Below are positions 1 to 10,084 of a stretch of DNA of 64,000 bases, piece after piece (positions within the stretch are counted from its first letter, which is position 1; each line of letters starts with the position of its first letter). Under the pieces are notes generated by a model that searched no databases, had not been told where the DNA came from, and saw only the letters and a program-made list of their open reading frames with translations. The stretch is from an uncultured Clostridia bacterium. Lineage in GTDB: Bacteria > Bacillota > Clostridia > Lachnospirales > Lachnospiraceae. A program made the translations under genes and the position numbers. The DNA is taken from the NCBI GenBank assembly GCA_946629525.1, contig CAMOXU010000001.1:6306-70305 (forward strand). The letters are read 5' to 3'.

Positions 1-249
1 CCCGCGGTCCAGTCTTCCGTCGGGGAGAACAACGTCTCTCCCGAACAGGGCGATCGTCTCGTCATAGCAGAGGCCGCCGATCTCAAGCATTTCCCGGCTC
101 ACGTCGTCGAGCACCAGGATGTCCGCCTGCCACTTTTCCTGCAGATACCTTAAGATCGTGCTCTTACCGGCTCCGACGCCTCCTGTCACCCCGATCACCA
201 GGCTCCTCTTCATGGATGCAAGAAGACCTGTTCGCTCTTTGTCTGTCAT
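1..249 (-). CDS. coaE: Dephospho-CoA kinase, N-terminal part (runs off the left window edge)
   Basis: Manual translation: M(TDKERTGLLAS)MKRSLVIGVTGGVGAGKSTIL...DDVSREML...LFG..V.LPDGRLDR. This is the CoaE P-loop, in its usual position directly downstream of polA. Start is 249 or 213. Confidence 0.9.
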   Translation of the reverse strand, partial: MTDKERTGLLASMKRSLVIGVTGGVGAGKSTILRYLQEKWQADILVLDDVSREMLEIGGLCYDETIALFGRDVVLPDGRLDRG

Positions 250-260
250 AATGATCACTC

Positions 261-3005
261 TTACTTCGCCTCATACCAGTCATTTCCGATATGGCAGTCT
301 GTTTCAAGCTCCACTCTCAAAGCCGCGGCGGCTTTCATCTCCTCAGTGAGGATCTCCCTGGCTTTTTCCGCCTCCTCGTGCGGCGCCTCGATCAGAAGCT
401 CATCGTGGATCTGAAGGATGAGCTTTGATTTCATTTTTTCTTTGGCAAGACGCCCTGCCACCCGGACCATGGCAATCTTTATGATATCCGCGGCTGTCCC
501 CTGGATCGGACTGTTCATTGCCACCCGCTCCCCGAAGCTCCTCTGCATAAAGTTCGATGCCTTGAGTTCCGGGACCGGACGCCTGCGGCCGAACAGGGAG
601 ACCGCGTAGCCCTTTTCCTTCGCGGACTGCACGAGCCCGTCAAGGAATATCTTGATCGTCGGATAGGTCTCAAAATACTGATTAATATACTCCTGCGCTT
701 CCTGGCGGGAAATGGAAAGTCCCTGGGAAAGACCGAAGCTGCTGATCCCGTACACGATCCCGAAATTTACGGCCTTGGCGTTCCGCCGCATCTGATCCGT
801 CACTTCCTCGTAGGGCACGTGGAATACCTGCGCCGCTGTCGCCGCATGGATGTCCCTGGCTTCCCTGTAGGCCTCGATCAGCTTTTCATCCCCCGACATG
901 TGCGCAAGGACACGCAGCTCGATCTGAGAATAGTCCGCGTCGACGAACACACAGCCTTCCTTCGGATAGAAGCACTTTCTGATCCTTCGGCCGAGGTCTT
1001 CCCGCATGGGGATGTTCTGCAGATTCGGGTCCGTGCTCGACAGACGCCCTGTCGCCGTGATCGTCTGGTTGAAGGTCGTCCGGATCCGTCCGTCCTCCCC
1101 GATAAAGGTAAGCAGTCCGTCCGCATAGGTCGATTTCAGCTTCGAATAGGTCCTGTATTCGAGAATATCAGCGACGATTTTGTGGTCGGGCGCCATCTTT
1201 TCAAGGACGTCCGCAGCTGTCGAATAGCCGGTCTTCGTCTTTTTTCCGCCCGGAAGGTGCATCTTCTCAAAGAGGATCGTGCCGAGCTGCTTCGGGCTGT
1301 TGATATTGAATTCTTCTCCCGCCTCCGCGTAGATCGCCTCCGTCAGCTCGGAGATCCGCACGGAGAGCATTTCCCCATACTCGATGAGAGCTTTGCGGCT
1401 TGCGAGAATTCCTTCCTCCTCCATCTGCGCAAGGACGCAGGTGAGAGGCATTTCCACATTGGTGAAGAGATCGATCATCTCCTCGCTCTTAAGCTTTGCA
1501 AGGATCAGATCCCGCGCTCTGCAGGCTGTAAAGGCCGCAAATCCTGCGCAGAGGGCAAGATTCTCCGACGGATCCTCCGCCTTCTCCGGCTCCTCTGTCT
1601 CCGCGAACCCGGGGATCGGAAGCGTCATCTGCTTCCCGTTCCTGATCGCCCTTTTCTCCGCCTCCAGAAGCCAGGCGGCCGGACCTTTTTTCCCGATGAG
1701 CTCTTCACGGGTCTTTACCGTCAGGCCGAGATAGCCGGCGGCGATCTCCCCGTAATCCCAGTCGGACCTTAACGGGTCGATCAGATAGGCGCCGATCACG
1801 CAGTCGGTCCACTTCGAGGCATCCGTAATTTTAAGGAATCTGGCTGCATCCTTGACATTGCAGGAGGCGATCTGTTCTGCCGCCCGGCAGACCGAAAGAA
1901 GCGCTTCCACTGCCGCGGCAGCGGATATCTCCTCGCCGATCCTCATAGCTTCGGCCCCGTCTCCGCAGGAGAATGCCGCGGCGTAGGGAACTCCCTTCTC
2001 CATGAGGATCTCAAGGCCTAACGTCCCGCCTTCTCCGGCGAGTTTCTTAATTCCCTCTTCTGCAGCCTTCTTCAGCTCCTCCTCTGTATGAAGGAGATGA
2101 ACAGTGACGTCCTGCTTTACATTTTCCGTCTCTTTCTTCTCGAAGAGCGTGAAGAGACTTCGGAAATTCAGGCTGCGGAACATCTCATACGTTTTCTCGT
2201 TGTAGAGATTGCCGAGCCTCATCGCATCAAAGTCCGTATCGACCGGAGCGTTCAGGCGGATCGTCGCAAGATCCTTGGAAAGCACTGCGAGCTCATACTG
2301 CTCCTGCATGGCCTTCTGCGCCTTCTTCGGTTTAATTTCCTCCGCGTGTTCGTGCGCGTTCTCGATCGAGTGATACTTTTCTATTATGGCGAGGGCTGTC
2401 TTTGGACCGACCCCGGGAAGCCCCGGAATATTGTCGGAGGAATCGCCCATCAGGGCTTTCATATCGATAAATTCAGACGGCGTCACGCCGATGGTCGTTT
2501 CCACGTCGTGCGCGAAATAGCGCTCATAGGTCGTCTGTCCGCCCTTTGTCTTCGGAATGATGATCTCCGTGCGGTCCGTGGCGATCTGCAGCAGATCCCG
2601 GTCACCGGATACGAGGGAGACTAAGAGTCCCCTCTCCTCTGCCCGCCTGGAGAGCGTTCCGAGAATATCATCCGCTTCCCAGCCGGCGATCGAGATGTGC
2701 GGGATCTCCATGCAGTCGAGAAGCTTCAGGATCACGGGCATCTGCTCATGAAATTCCGGCGGGGCTGCCTGACGGTTCCCCTTGTAATCCGGATACTTTT
2801 CGTGGCGGAAAGTCGGCTCGGACCGGTCGAAAGCGACGACGAGATATTCCGGCTTCTCCTCCTCCAGGACCTTGCGAAGGATCGCGAGAAATCCGTAGAC
2901 CGCATTGGTGTGCGTCCCGTCGGGCGCTGTCATTGAAAGCGGCATCCCGTAAAAAGCCCTGAACATGATGCTGTGTCCGTCGATCAGAACAATTTTTTCT
3001 TCCAT
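261..3005 (-). CDS. polA: DNA polymerase I
   Basis: 5'-3' exonuclease N-terminus (LIDGHS..FRAFY, EADD, GDRD, LMGDSSDNIPG) and Pol A motifs (DYSQIELR, AKAVNFGIVYG, LQIHDEL). Start set at MEEKIV after a GGAGG RBS. Confidence 0.98.
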   Translation of the reverse strand: MEEKIVLIDGHSIMFRAFYGMPLSMTAPDGTHTNAVYGFLAILRKVLEEEKPEYLVVAFDRSEPTFRHEKYPDYKGNRQAAPPEFHEQMPVILKLLDCMEIPHISIAGWEADDILGTLSRRAEERGLLVSLVSGDRDLLQIATDRTEIIIPKTKGGQTTYERYFAHDVETTIGVTPSEFIDMKALMGDSSDNIPGLPGVGPKTALAIIEKYHSIENAHEHAEEIKPKKAQKAMQEQYELAVLSKDLATIRLNAPVDTDFDAMRLGNLYNEKTYEMFRSLNFRSLFTLFEKKETENVKQDVTVHLLHTEEELKKAAEEGIKKLAGEGGTLGLEILMEKGVPYAAAFSCGDGAEAMRIGEEISAAAAVEALLSVCRAAEQIASCNVKDAARFLKITDASKWTDCVIGAYLIDPLRSDWDYGEIAAGYLGLTVKTREELIGKKGPAAWLLEAEKRAIRNGKQMTLPIPGFAETEEPEKAEDPSENLALCAGFAAFTACRARDLILAKLKSEEMIDLFTNVEMPLTCVLAQMEEEGILASRKALIEYGEMLSVRISELTEAIYAEAGEEFNINSPKQLGTILFEKMHLPGGKKTKTGYSTAADVLEKMAPDHKIVADILEYRTYSKLKSTYADGLLTFIGEDGRIRTTFNQTITATGRLSSTDPNLQNIPMREDLGRRIRKCFYPKEGCVFVDADYSQIELRVLAHMSGDEKLIEAYREARDIHAATAAQVFHVPYEEVTDQMRRNAKAVNFGIVYGISSFGLSQGLSISRQEAQEYINQYFETYPTIKIFLDGLVQSAKEKGYAVSLFGRRRPVPELKASNFMQRSFGERVAMNSPIQGTAADIIKIAMVRVAGRLAKEKMKSKLILQIHDELLIEAPHEEAEKAREILTEEMKAAAALRVELETDCHIGNDWYEAK

Positions 3006-3030
3006 TTTTTCCTCCTGCAGAGCTTCTCTC

Positions 3031-3429
3031 TCATTTGCCAAGCAGAGACTGCAGGTGCTCCAGAACACTCTGGATCCCGGGCAGGCTCAGCTTCAGAGCG
3101 ATCGCCGTAAAGATCAGTACGTTCGAGATGGAGATCAGAATTCTGGTCCAGATCTTCGAAAATTTCGTGACCCAGATGCGGTTCCGATTTCTCTTTATGT
3201 CATCGACAAGGCTTTTCCGCATGTCATAGGAACGGTTCACATTGCGGTCGTCATCCAGATACTGCAGCGAGTAGTCGATGATAAAATACGTCTCCAGTTC
3301 ATCATAGCAGTCCGGACAGCTCATGACATGATCCAGAAAGCGCGTGCATTCCGCATCAGACATTGAACCCTCAATATACGACTTGACCAGGTCCTTGGCC
3401 TCCCGGCATGTCATCTTTTCTGCGGCCAT
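3031..3429 (-). CDS. zf-HC2 (ZAS-type) anti-sigma-factor-like membrane protein
   Basis: MTCREAKDLV..YIEG.MS...FLDHVMSCPDCYDEL (HxxxCxxC) followed by one TM helix; GGAGGGGG RBS before the ATG at 3429. Confidence 0.8.
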   Translation of the reverse strand: MAAEKMTCREAKDLVKSYIEGSMSDAECTRFLDHVMSCPDCYDELETYFIIDYSLQYLDDDRNVNRSYDMRKSLVDDIKRNRNRIWVTKFSKIWTRILISISNVLIFTAIALKLSLPGIQSVLEHLQSLLGK

Positions 3430-3562
3430 AGCACACCCCCTCCAAAAGAAGCGCATAATGTATTCGGAAAAGCCGGAGCGTCTTACTGTGCCGCCCGGGG
3501 TGCAAAGCACCCTCCGGACCGAGCTTTTAAGCCGGAGGCTTTTTTAAGTGATACATGAATAA

Positions 3563-3588
3563 GGCCCGGAAACAGATGTCCCCGGGCC
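3563..3588 (-). terminator. GC-rich hairpin downstream of tRNA-Leu, probable terminator
   Basis: ggcccgg..ccgggcc inverted repeat immediately 3' of the tRNA. Confidence 0.5.
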
Positions 3589-3594
3589 ATGAGC

Positions 3595-3678
3595 TGCCGG
3601 CGGTGGGGATCGAACCCACACATCCATACGGATAACAGATTTTGAGTCTGTCTCGTCTGCCAATTCCGACACGCCGGC
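3595..3678 (-). tRNA. tRNA-Leu (anticodon CAA), long variable arm, CCA not encoded
   Basis: Reverse complement GCCGGCGTGTCGGAATTGGCAGACGAGACAGACTCAAAATCTGT...GTGGGTTCGATCCCCACCGCCGGCA shows the D-loop GG, anticodon stem ACAGA-CT CAA AA-TCTGT and T-loop GTTCGA. Confidence 0.97.
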
Positions 3679-3839
3679 TTATAGGGTCAGGACATCTGTC
3701 CTGACCACATTATAATAGCAGAAAGGTCCTGCCGTGTCCACTTTAAATTGTTCGATGACCGGCACGAACGTCACGGCGAAAAGTTTCATTTACATATATT
3801 CATCCCGAGACGCAAACCTCGGGAATTCCTCGCCGGAAA

Positions 3840-5117
3840 TCAGATCTCCGCCAGAAGCTTCTCGTAAATGGGAAGATTGCTGAACGTCGCAAAGTAATCC
3901 TCCGGCCTCTCGGCACGCCGGATCTCCTCGAAGGTCCCGTCCGGATGGAGCAGGACTTCGGCGCTTTTCAGCTTTCCGTTATAGTTGTAGCCCATCGCAA
4001 ATCCGTGGGCTCCCGTATCATGGATATAGAGAAGGTCGCCCATATTGATCTTCGGAAGCATTCTGTCGATCGCAAATTTGTCGTTGTTCTCGCAGAGCGA
4101 GCCCGTGATATCGTACATATTCGTGAGCGGAGCATTTTCCTTGCCCATGACCGTGATGTGGTGATATGCACCGTACATGGCGGGCCTCATCAGATTTACC
4201 GCACAGGCATCGACGCCGATATACTCTTTGTATGTGTGCTTCTCATGGATCGCGCGCGTGACGAGCGCACCGTAGGGTCCGGTCACATAGCGGCCCATCT
4301 CGGTATAGATCGCAATATCGCCCATTCCGGCCGGCACGAGCACGTCCTCATAAGCCTTTCTGACGCCCTCGCCGATCGCCATGATATCATTCTTCTCCTG
4401 GCCCGGCTTATAAGGAATTCCGATGCCTCCGGACAGGTTGATGAAGGAAATGTGCACCCCGGTCTCTCTCTGCAGCTCGACAGCCAGCTCAAAGAGGAGC
4501 TTTGCCAGCATCGGATAATAGTCATTGGTCACGGCATTGCTGACGAGGAAGCTGTGGATGCCGAAATTCTCCACACCGTTCTCCTTCAGGATCCGGAAGG
4601 CGTCAAAGAGCTGGGAAGTGGTCATTCCGTACTTCGCGTCGCCCGGCGTATCCATGATCCCGTTGCTGACCTTGAAGATCCCGCCCGGATTGTAGCGGCA
4701 GCACATCGTCTTCGGGAATTTCCCGACTGCTTTCGCGTAGCTCTCGATCATGGTGAAATCATCGAGATTCACGATCGCGCCGATTTTATCCGCGTAGACA
4801 TACTCCTCATCCGGTGTGTCGTTGGAGGAGAACATGATGTGCTCTCCGTCGCATCCGACCGCCTTCGCCATCACGAGCTCTGTCATGGACGAGCAGTCGC
4901 AGCCGCAGCCCTCCTCAAGAAGCAGGGAGAGGATGACCGGATTCGGCTCCGCCTTCACGGCAAAGTATTCGCGGAAACCGGGATTCCAGGAAAATGCCTT
5001 ATAGATCTCACGAATATTCTCGCGAAGTCCCTCCTCATCATAAATATAGAAGGGGGTGGGGATCTTTGCGGCGATCTCCTCAAGTTTCTCTCTGGTGACG
5101 AACGGCTTTTTTTCCAT
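3840..5117 (-). CDS. lysA: Diaminopimelate decarboxylase
   Basis: PTPFYIYDE, YFAVKA (PLP lysine), NLSGGIG, EMGRY, GSLCENND, GAHGFAMGYNYN. Start at MEKKPF after GGAGGAG. Confidence 0.93.
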   Translation of the reverse strand: MEKKPFVTREKLEEIAAKIPTPFYIYDEEGLRENIREIYKAFSWNPGFREYFAVKAEPNPVILSLLLEEGCGCDCSSMTELVMAKAVGCDGEHIMFSSNDTPDEEYVYADKIGAIVNLDDFTMIESYAKAVGKFPKTMCCRYNPGGIFKVSNGIMDTPGDAKYGMTTSQLFDAFRILKENGVENFGIHSFLVSNAVTNDYYPMLAKLLFELAVELQRETGVHISFINLSGGIGIPYKPGQEKNDIMAIGEGVRKAYEDVLVPAGMGDIAIYTEMGRYVTGPYGALVTRAIHEKHTYKEYIGVDACAVNLMRPAMYGAYHHITVMGKENAPLTNMYDITGSLCENNDKFAIDRMLPKINMGDLLYIHDTGAHGFAMGYNYNGKLKSAEVLLHPDGTFEEIRRAERPEDYFATFSNLPIYEKLLAEI

Positions 5118-5200
5118 AATACTCTCCTCCTCGCACGACATTCCTGAGTGTTTGTGCGCCGTCTGCCGCGCATGAACGGCGAATAAGCCATTAGCGGGTG

Positions 5201-5277
5201 ATTTATCGCAGCCGCGCAATCAGGAATATCTTCCGAGCCTGCGCGGCGCGGTAAGGAACGCCGGGCGTTCCTTAAAT
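5201..5277 (-). repeat. Dispersed two-hairpin repeat family B, copy 1
   Basis: Reverse complement aggaacgcccggcgttccttaccgcgccgcgcaggctcggaagatattcctgattgcgcggctgcgataaa matches the copies at 31798 and 44455. Confidence 0.8.
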
Positions 5278-5293
5278 TCTCAGCTGATTTTCG

Positions 5294-6727
5294 TCAATCG
5301 ACCACATAGACGGACATCATATTCGTGACGCTCATATTATCCTCGCTCATGTCGGAGACCGGATCTCCCGCTGTAACAACGATCAGATCGCCCTCCTCCA
5401 CAAAGCCGTTCTTCTTGCAGGCTTCGATCGCGTGGTCGACAAGCAGATACTGGTTGCGCTCCTTCTTGCCCTTGATCGGCGTCACGCCCCAGTAGACCTG
5501 CATCCTCCGGACCATCTCTTCGATCGGGCTGACCGCGTAGATCGGAATATCCGGGCGGAAATTCGACATCAGTCTCGCGGTGGTGCCGGAGATCGTCGGA
5601 ATGATGATGGCCTTCGCATGGAGCGTCTTCGCCGTAGCGACCGCAGCGTAGCAGACAGAGCTTGAGATCGTGTTCGTGTCCAGCATGGACCGATATCTCG
5701 TGAAATGACGCTCATCCAGATGGGCTTCGGAATCGACGGCGATCTGGTTCATCAGTGTGACAGCCTCAACGGGGTACTTGCCGACGGCTGTCTCTCCGGA
5801 GAGCATGATCGCGTCCGTCCCGTCATAGATCGCGTTGGCGACGTCCGTGACTTCCGCACGTGTCGGACGCGGATTTCTGATCATGGAATCGAGCATCTGC
5901 GTCGCGGTGATGACCGGCTTGAAATCCTGGTTGCACTTGTCGATGATCTTCTTCTGGATGTGCGGTACGCGGAAGGACGGAATCTCGACGCCCAGGTCAC
6001 CTCTGGCGACCATGATGCCGTCAGACTCCCTGATGATGTCGTCGATATTGTCAAGTGCTTCCGCACATTCGATCTTTGAATATACCGGGACCGAGCTTCC
6101 CTGGCTCTTCACAAGGGTCTTGATCTCTTTGACCGCCTCGGCATTGCGGATGAAGGAGGCCGCGATCATATCGAATCCGTTTGCGATGCCCCATACGATA
6201 TCGTCGATATCCTGCTCCGTCACTGCCGGAAGGCCGATGCTCACGCCGGGGATATTGCAGCCCTTCCTCTCGGAGAGCATGCCGCCGTTATTGATCCTGC
6301 AGAGGATATCCGCCCCGTTTACTTCCTTTACCTCAAGCTCCATAAGGCCGTCGTCGACAAGGATGATGGTCCCGGGCTTCACTTCATTGCAGAGATTTTT
6401 GTAGGACACGGAGACGCGCTCCGCGTTTCCGACACAGTCGTCACAGGTGAGAATGATGTCCTTTCCCGTCACGAGCTCGACTTTCTGCCCATCCTCAAGG
6501 AGACCGGTACGGATCTCCGGGCCCTTGGTGTCGAGCAGCATGGCGACCGGCTTTCCGGTCTGCTCCCTCGCCTGTCTGATCACATTCATGCGGGCAAGAT
6601 GCTCTTCATGCGTCCCGTGGGAAAAATTGAAGCGAGCGACATCCATCCCGGCTTCGATCAGCTTGATTACGAGATCCAGATTCTCTTCCTGCGGTCCCAT
6701 CGTACAGACAATTTTAGTTTTTTTCAT
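5294..6727 (-). CDS. pyk: Pyruvate kinase
   Basis: KTKIVCTMGP, ARFNFSHG, DTKGPEIRTG, MVARGDLGVE, ATQMLDSM, MLSGETA. Confidence 0.98.
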   Translation of the reverse strand: MKKTKIVCTMGPQEENLDLVIKLIEAGMDVARFNFSHGTHEEHLARMNVIRQAREQTGKPVAMLLDTKGPEIRTGLLEDGQKVELVTGKDIILTCDDCVGNAERVSVSYKNLCNEVKPGTIILVDDGLMELEVKEVNGADILCRINNGGMLSERKGCNIPGVSIGLPAVTEQDIDDIVWGIANGFDMIAASFIRNAEAVKEIKTLVKSQGSSVPVYSKIECAEALDNIDDIIRESDGIMVARGDLGVEIPSFRVPHIQKKIIDKCNQDFKPVITATQMLDSMIRNPRPTRAEVTDVANAIYDGTDAIMLSGETAVGKYPVEAVTLMNQIAVDSEAHLDERHFTRYRSMLDTNTISSSVCYAAVATAKTLHAKAIIIPTISGTTARLMSNFRPDIPIYAVSPIEEMVRRMQVYWGVTPIKGKKERNQYLLVDHAIEACKKNGFVEEGDLIVVTAGDPVSDMSEDNMSVTNMMSVYVVD

Positions 6728-6810
6728 ATGATTTTATTCTCCTTTTTTCAGAATACATATAACAGATACTTGCGAAAATGTGTGCTTAAATCAGTGACAA
6801 AACGCCGGGA

Positions 6811-7791
6811 TCAATTCAAGTCCGAACCTGCGTGGTCTGTAAGAATGTGTTTATGTGTGTACAGATGGTCCATACAATACTCGTGGTTCCCCTCGCATTT
6901 CGTGCAGAAGCGGAATTCCAGCTCCGGATCGGTGAGCTCCGTCCTTCCGCAGATCACGCAGCGGTGCCTTGCGGTCTTCCCCGAAGCACGCGGGGTCGGC
7001 GCAGCGCTCTCCCGCTCGCGTACGCTCCGCACATTTTCCGCGAACCGGGCACGGCTCTCGGAGAGCGATCTCTGAAAATCTCTTCTTCGCTTTATCTCCT
7101 TCGGGGAGTAATGATTGAAGTCCCGCGTTGAGAAGAAGAAAATGAAGAAATTGAGCAGCGAAGCCACGAACGCGATGATCGGAACAATATAGTACAGGTT
7201 TCCCTGCAGCACAAAGCGGAAATATGAACCGCAGTCGTACAGCATCATGACAAAATACAGGATCCCGAGCCACTTTACCTTGATGGGAAGAATAAAGTAG
7301 AGATATACTCTCGCATCCGGAAAAGTTGCGGCAAAGGCCAGGAACATGGACATCACGAGGTAATAGGTGCTGAAGAAAGCCCCGATCAGGACCGGCTGCC
7401 CGACAATTGCCGAGAAGACGAAATAGCTCAGGAAGCATGCGATGAATGTGAGCAGCATCCCGCCGAAGATATATACGTTGTAGCGGAAAGTTCCCCATGT
7501 GCGCTCGAGCGACGTGCCGATCGACATGTAGAAGAACAGCATGATCACCGTAAAGATTCCCCCGATGAAATCCCCGCTCATCTGATAGGGCGGGATCAGG
7601 ATCCAGGTCACGATCCTCCAGATCTGTCCCCTTAAGATATAGGCCGGTTCGAGCGTCATGTAGGAGAACACCTGCGGGCTGATCATCTGAAGGATGTAGC
7701 CGATGACATAGCATCCGATCATGAGCATGGTGAGGTTCGGGATGGCCCATTTCCCGGCTTTTCTTTCGAGTTTATTCAGGAATTTATTCAT
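6811..7791 (-). CDS. Rhomboid-superfamily-like polytopic membrane protein with C-terminal Cys/His zinc finger
   Basis: GQIWRIVTW..IPP, LERTWG..R, FILPIKVKWL; C-terminal HRCVICGRTE...FCTKCEGNHEYCMDH. Confidence 0.75.
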   Translation of the reverse strand: MNKFLNKLERKAGKWAIPNLTMLMIGCYVIGYILQMISPQVFSYMTLEPAYILRGQIWRIVTWILIPPYQMSGDFIGGIFTVIMLFFYMSIGTSLERTWGTFRYNVYIFGGMLLTFIACFLSYFVFSAIVGQPVLIGAFFSTYYLVMSMFLAFAATFPDARVYLYFILPIKVKWLGILYFVMMLYDCGSYFRFVLQGNLYYIVPIIAFVASLLNFFIFFFSTRDFNHYSPKEIKRRRDFQRSLSESRARFAENVRSVRERESAAPTPRASGKTARHRCVICGRTELTDPELEFRFCTKCEGNHEYCMDHLYTHKHILTDHAGSDLN

Positions 7792-7826
7792 TCAATCACC
7801 TTTCTGACTGTGCGTGTTTTTTATAC

Positions 7827-7855
7827 AGTATATTTGTTCCTCCATAATTCGTCAA
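7827..7855 (-). promoter_or_regulatory. Sigma-A promoter for the membrane protein/pyk genes
   Basis: TTGACG-17 bp-TATACT on the minus strand. Confidence 0.65.
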
Positions 7856-7929
7856 TTGAACAAAAGGTTTTTTTCCGGTGGAAATAATTCCTTAAGTCAG
7901 TTATACTTTCTTTTGTTCGGAGGTTATTC

Positions 7930-9846
7930 ATGATATTAGACGTACAGAAAATTTCAAAGACCTTTCCCGGAAATGAAGTGCTCCGGGAGGTTTCCTTTCA
8001 TATAGAAGACCATGAGAAAGCAGCTTTTGTAGGCATAAACGGCGCCGGGAAATCCACACTCTTAAAGATCATCATGAATGAGATGCCGGCAGATTCCGGC
8101 ACGGTCACGCTCGCAAAAGGGACCCGGATCGGATATCTTGCCCAGCATCAGGATCTGACCGGGAACAACACGATCTTCGAAGAGCTGATGACTGTCAGGA
8201 AGGATATCCTTGACCTCGACGCAGGCATGCGGGAATCCGAGCGGCGCATGACGGAGCTCTCCGGTGAAGAGCTGGATGCGGAGATGAAGCGCTATGCCCA
8301 GATGCAGGAGACTTTCGACCGTCAGAACGGCTATGCGTACCGCTCCGAGGTCGTCGGCGTCCTGAAGGGCCTCGGATTCTCCGAAGAGGATTTCACCAAA
8401 AGAGTCTCGACCCTCTCGGGCGGTCAGAAGACACGCGTGGCCCTTGGCACCCTTCTCCTCACAGCACCCGACATCATCCTGCTCGATGAGCCGACGAATC
8501 ATCTTGACATGGGCTCGATCGTCTGGCTGGAGACTTATCTCCTGAACTACAGGGGTGCAGTTCTCATCGTATCCCACGACCGGTACTTCCTGAACCGCGT
8601 CGTCACCAAAGTGATCGAGGCTGACCGCGGTTCCTGCCGTACATTCCTCGGAAATTACGACGAATACAGCAAAAAGAAGGAAGAGCTGCGGCACGCAGAA
8701 TACCTGGCCTACATGAAAGCCGAGCAGGAACGGAAGCATCAGGAAGCAGTCATCGCAAAGCTCAAACAGTTCAACCGCGAGAAATCCATCAAGCGCGCGG
8801 AGAGCCGCGAGAAGCTGCTGGCCCGCATGGAGATGCCGGACAAGCCGCTCCCCGACAATGCCGTGATGTCGCTCCGCTTCTCTCCCCGCTTTGAATCAGG
8901 GAAGGATGTCCTCACAGTGGAAGGTCTTGAGAAAAGCTTCGGCTCCATGACGCTCTTCAGGGATCTGTGCTTTGAGATTAAGAAGGGGGAGCATGTCGCG
9001 CTCATCGGAAGCAACGGCACCGGAAAATCCACCCTCTTAAAGATCCTGAACGGTGTGATCCCGGCGGACCGCGGCTCCTTTACGCTCGGCGCCAACGTGA
9101 CGATCGGCTACTACGATCAGGAAATGCACGTTCTCAACATGGACAAGACGATCTTCGACGAGATCTCCGACGACTATCCCGAGCTCACGAACACGAAGAT
9201 CCGCACCGCACTTGCAGCCTTCCTCTTCACCGGCGAGGATGTCCTCAAGTATATCCGCGATCTCTCGGGCGGTGAGCGGGCCCGCGTATCTCTGTGCAAG
9301 CTCATGCTGTCGAGCGCGAATTTCATTATCCTCGACGAGCCCACCAACCATCTTGACATTGAATCAAGGGAGATCCTCGAGACGGCCCTGAACTCCTACA
9401 CAGGCACCCTGCTCTATGTATCCCACGACCGTTATTTCATTAACCGGACCGCGGGCAGGATCCTCGACCTCACCCACCGTCAGCTCCTGAACTATATCGG
9501 GAATTACGATTACTATCTCGAGAAAAAGGAGACTGTGGAAAACGCTTACCTTGTCACCGAGGAGGACGCTTCGGCACAGCCAGCCGAGACGGATTCCCGC
9601 ACGAGCTGGCTCGCGCAGAAGGAGGAGCAGGCCCGGATTCGCAAGCGTGCGAACGACCTTGCGCGCTGTGAAGCGCGGATCGAGGCCCTCGAGACGGAAA
9701 ATGCCGGGATCGACGAACTCTTCCTTGACCCTCAGGTAGCCAGTGATCCGGTAAAGTGCATGGATCTCGGGAACCGCAAGGCTGAGATCGAGGAGGAGCT
9801 GGAAGACCTCTATGTACGCTGGGAAGATCTGCAGGAAGACCAGTGA
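7930..9846 (+). CDS. ABC-F family ATPase (Uup/YdiF-like, ribosome-associated)
   Basis: Two ABC domains (GINGAGKS / GSNGTGKS, LSGGQ / LSGGE, LDEPTNHLD), no TM segments, C-terminal coiled coil. Confidence 0.95.
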   Translation: MILDVQKISKTFPGNEVLREVSFHIEDHEKAAFVGINGAGKSTLLKIIMNEMPADSGTVTLAKGTRIGYLAQHQDLTGNNTIFEELMTVRKDILDLDAGMRESERRMTELSGEELDAEMKRYAQMQETFDRQNGYAYRSEVVGVLKGLGFSEEDFTKRVSTLSGGQKTRVALGTLLLTAPDIILLDEPTNHLDMGSIVWLETYLLNYRGAVLIVSHDRYFLNRVVTKVIEADRGSCRTFLGNYDEYSKKKEELRHAEYLAYMKAEQERKHQEAVIAKLKQFNREKSIKRAESREKLLARMEMPDKPLPDNAVMSLRFSPRFESGKDVLTVEGLEKSFGSMTLFRDLCFEIKKGEHVALIGSNGTGKSTLLKILNGVIPADRGSFTLGANVTIGYYDQEMHVLNMDKTIFDEISDDYPELTNTKIRTALAAFLFTGEDVLKYIRDLSGGERARVSLCKLMLSSANFIILDEPTNHLDIESREILETALNSYTGTLLYVSHDRYFINRTAGRILDLTHRQLLNYIGNYDYYLEKKETVENAYLVTEEDASAQPAETDSRTSWLAQKEEQARIRKRANDLARCEARIEALETENAGIDELFLDPQVASDPVKCMDLGNRKAEIEEELEDLYVRWEDLQEDQ

Positions 9847-9870
9847 TCACCGGTACTCTGCTTCACGCTT

Positions 9871-9933
9871 AAACGGCACCATACCCGGAAAGATATCCCA
9901 AACTGATATCTTCCGGGTATGGTGCCGTTTTTT
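9871..9933. terminator. Long inverted repeat/intrinsic terminator between convergent ABC-F and icd
   Basis: aaacggcaccatacccggaa(a)gatatc-ccaaact-gatatcttccgggtatggtgccgttt: 26-bp stem with one bulge, followed by a T-tract. Confidence 0.8.
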
Positions 9934-10084
9934 CGTTCCATGATATCTGCCGAAACTTCAATCTCCGGCGCAGATCTTTCGTGATAATAATGCGGCCCGC
10001 CATGGATGCGCAGGGATTCGGGTTGGAAGATATCAGCTGACGCTAATCTTAAATCCCGCGCCAAGTCTCGCGAGCGAGACTTGA

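Noticed and set aside
3595-3840. Prophage/ICE integration at tRNA-Leu
   Set aside because: No integrase, no duplicated tRNA 3' end, and the flanks are housekeeping genes.
5120-5290. Lysine riboswitch upstream of lysA
   Set aside because: No recognisable L-box consensus; the structured part is a copy of dispersed repeat family B.
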